DNA from: Nitrospinales bacterium
Lineage (GTDB): Bacteria > Nitrospinota > Nitrospinia > Nitrospinales > VA-1
Assembly: GCA_965262115.1 (NCBI GenBank)
Contig: OZ253496.1
Coordinates: forward strand, 1,984,001 to 2,048,000
DNA length: 64,000 bases
Direction of reading: 5' to 3'
Shown here piece after piece: positions 63,001 to 64,000 of this stretch. The notes below the pieces were generated by a model. That model was not told where the DNA came from and ran no database searches. It was given only the letters and a program-made list of their open reading frames with translations. The position numbers were made by a program, and so were the translations under genes. Position 1 is the first letter of the stretch, and each line of letters begins with the position of its first letter.

Positions 63001-63684
63001 ATGGAAAAAGATTCACAACAGGCAGGAATCATTCCCCTTTTCCCGTTGCCCTCAACTGTGTTTTATCCCGGCACTCCTTTGCCTCTGCATATTTTTGAGC
63101 CTCGATACCGAAAAATGGCCGCCGATGCCCTGGAAGGCGAACGTAAAATAGGTATGGTTCTTTTAAAACCGGATTGGGAAGCGACCTATTTTGACAAACC
63201 GGCTATCTATCCCATAGGCTGCGTCGGGAGTATTGAAAAGGAAATCCGTCATCCTGACGGAAAATATAATTTTACTCTGGTTGGGTTGCGCCGGTTTCGT
63301 ATCGTGAAGGAAGTGAAAGGAAAACTCTACCGTTGCGCCGAAATTGATCTACTCGAAGAACAGAACGAACAGGCAATCGGTGAAGAACCCAATACCACCC
63401 GCGACGGTTTGATTGAAAGATATAGAGAGTTCACCAGCCTGATTCCCGAGAGCAGTGCGTTGAAAGAGGAACCCGACTGGAACCTGGGCGAAAAACTCAG
63501 CCAGTTTGTCGACCGGTTTGCCTATAGGTTGGATATTCCCCTGGAACAAAAACAATCCTTTCTTGAGGAACAGGATGTGCTAAGCCGCGCCCGGTTCCTT
63601 CACGAGTTCCTTAAAATGAAAATCGATCTCGTCCACCTCTCTAAAGTTCGTAACGTCACTCCCGACTCCGTCCGCTGGAACTGA
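63001..63684 (+). CDS. Lon N-terminal substrate-binding domain protein
   Basis: IPLFPL..VFYPG.PLPLHIFEPRY. Confidence 0.92.
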   Translation: MEKDSQQAGIIPLFPLPSTVFYPGTPLPLHIFEPRYRKMAADALEGERKIGMVLLKPDWEATYFDKPAIYPIGCVGSIEKEIRHPDGKYNFTLVGLRRFRIVKEVKGKLYRCAEIDLLEEQNEQAIGEEPNTTRDGLIERYREFTSLIPESSALKEEPDWNLGEKLSQFVDRFAYRLDIPLEQKQSFLEEQDVLSRARFLHEFLKMKIDLVHLSKVRNVTPDSVRWN

Positions 63685-63775
63685 CCGGCGAACCGCCGCT
63701 GGCAGATAACAAAAACTTATTAAGCCGAAATGACTTTTTGCCAGCCCAAAAAAGGTATTGCAGTCGCCCCAACGG

Positions 63776-64000
63776 CTAGTGGGCGGCTCGCCGCGGAATG
63801 ATCAAACTTAAGCAGGTCACTCCGCCATCGGCTTTTTCGAATTCACTCATTTCCAGTTCGAGGGTTTCAAATCCATGTGCACGAATTTTTTCGCTGATAT
63901 TGGGGAATCCTGCGGGCATCAGGACCCTGTTGCCCAATGCCAGGCAATTGGCGGCGTGGGACTCGTTCTCAGTCACTTCGATCCAGTCAAACTGTTTCAG
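63776..64000 (-). CDS. Dimethylargininase/amidinotransferase family, 3' end (gene starts beyond the window)
   Basis: AANCL...MSEFEKADGGVTCLS. Confidence 0.88.
   Translation of the reverse strand: MKQFDWIEVTENESHAANCLALGNRVLMPAGFPNISEKIRAHGFETLELEMSEFEKADGGVTCLSLIIPRRAAH

Overview
A 64-kb bacterial chromosomal window, most likely from a Nitrospinota (Nitrospina-like) chemolithoautotroph. That assignment is an inference from the five-subunit forDABGE 2-oxoacid:ferredoxin oxidoreductase operon, the Na+-translocating oadABG and an HpnN-like transporter. Intact housekeeping genes include oadABG, trkAH, hflKC, pcm, mltA, rnhA, purBC, dapFAB, tatA, nadK, an ECF sigma/anti-sigma pair and a KamA-family enzyme. 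They are interleaved with accessory or decaying DNA. (1) An IS110/IS621-type element sits in a REP-like hairpin. Its left end can be read directly as a bridge RNA whose guide segments match both its own donor junction and the REP target. A left-truncated duplicate is present, and both copies sit next to an IS3 remnant. (2) A 168-bp MITE is present in three copies with 9-bp target duplications; one copy disrupts a lipoprotein gene. (3) Several families of modular intergenic repeats occur throughout. (4) An AT-rich, integron-cassette-like defence island has attC sites but no integrase in the window. It carries a two-methyltransferase RM system and a decayed pair of TIR and 3-TM membrane-protein genes. 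(5) A second RM system pairs a C5 methyltransferase with an HNH nuclease, and a HigBA toxin-antitoxin pair is also present. (6) An unusual FGE-like/CcdA fusion lies directly after a TlpA gene. (7) Flagellar and pilus genes are decayed. I found no rRNA, tRNA or CRISPR array.
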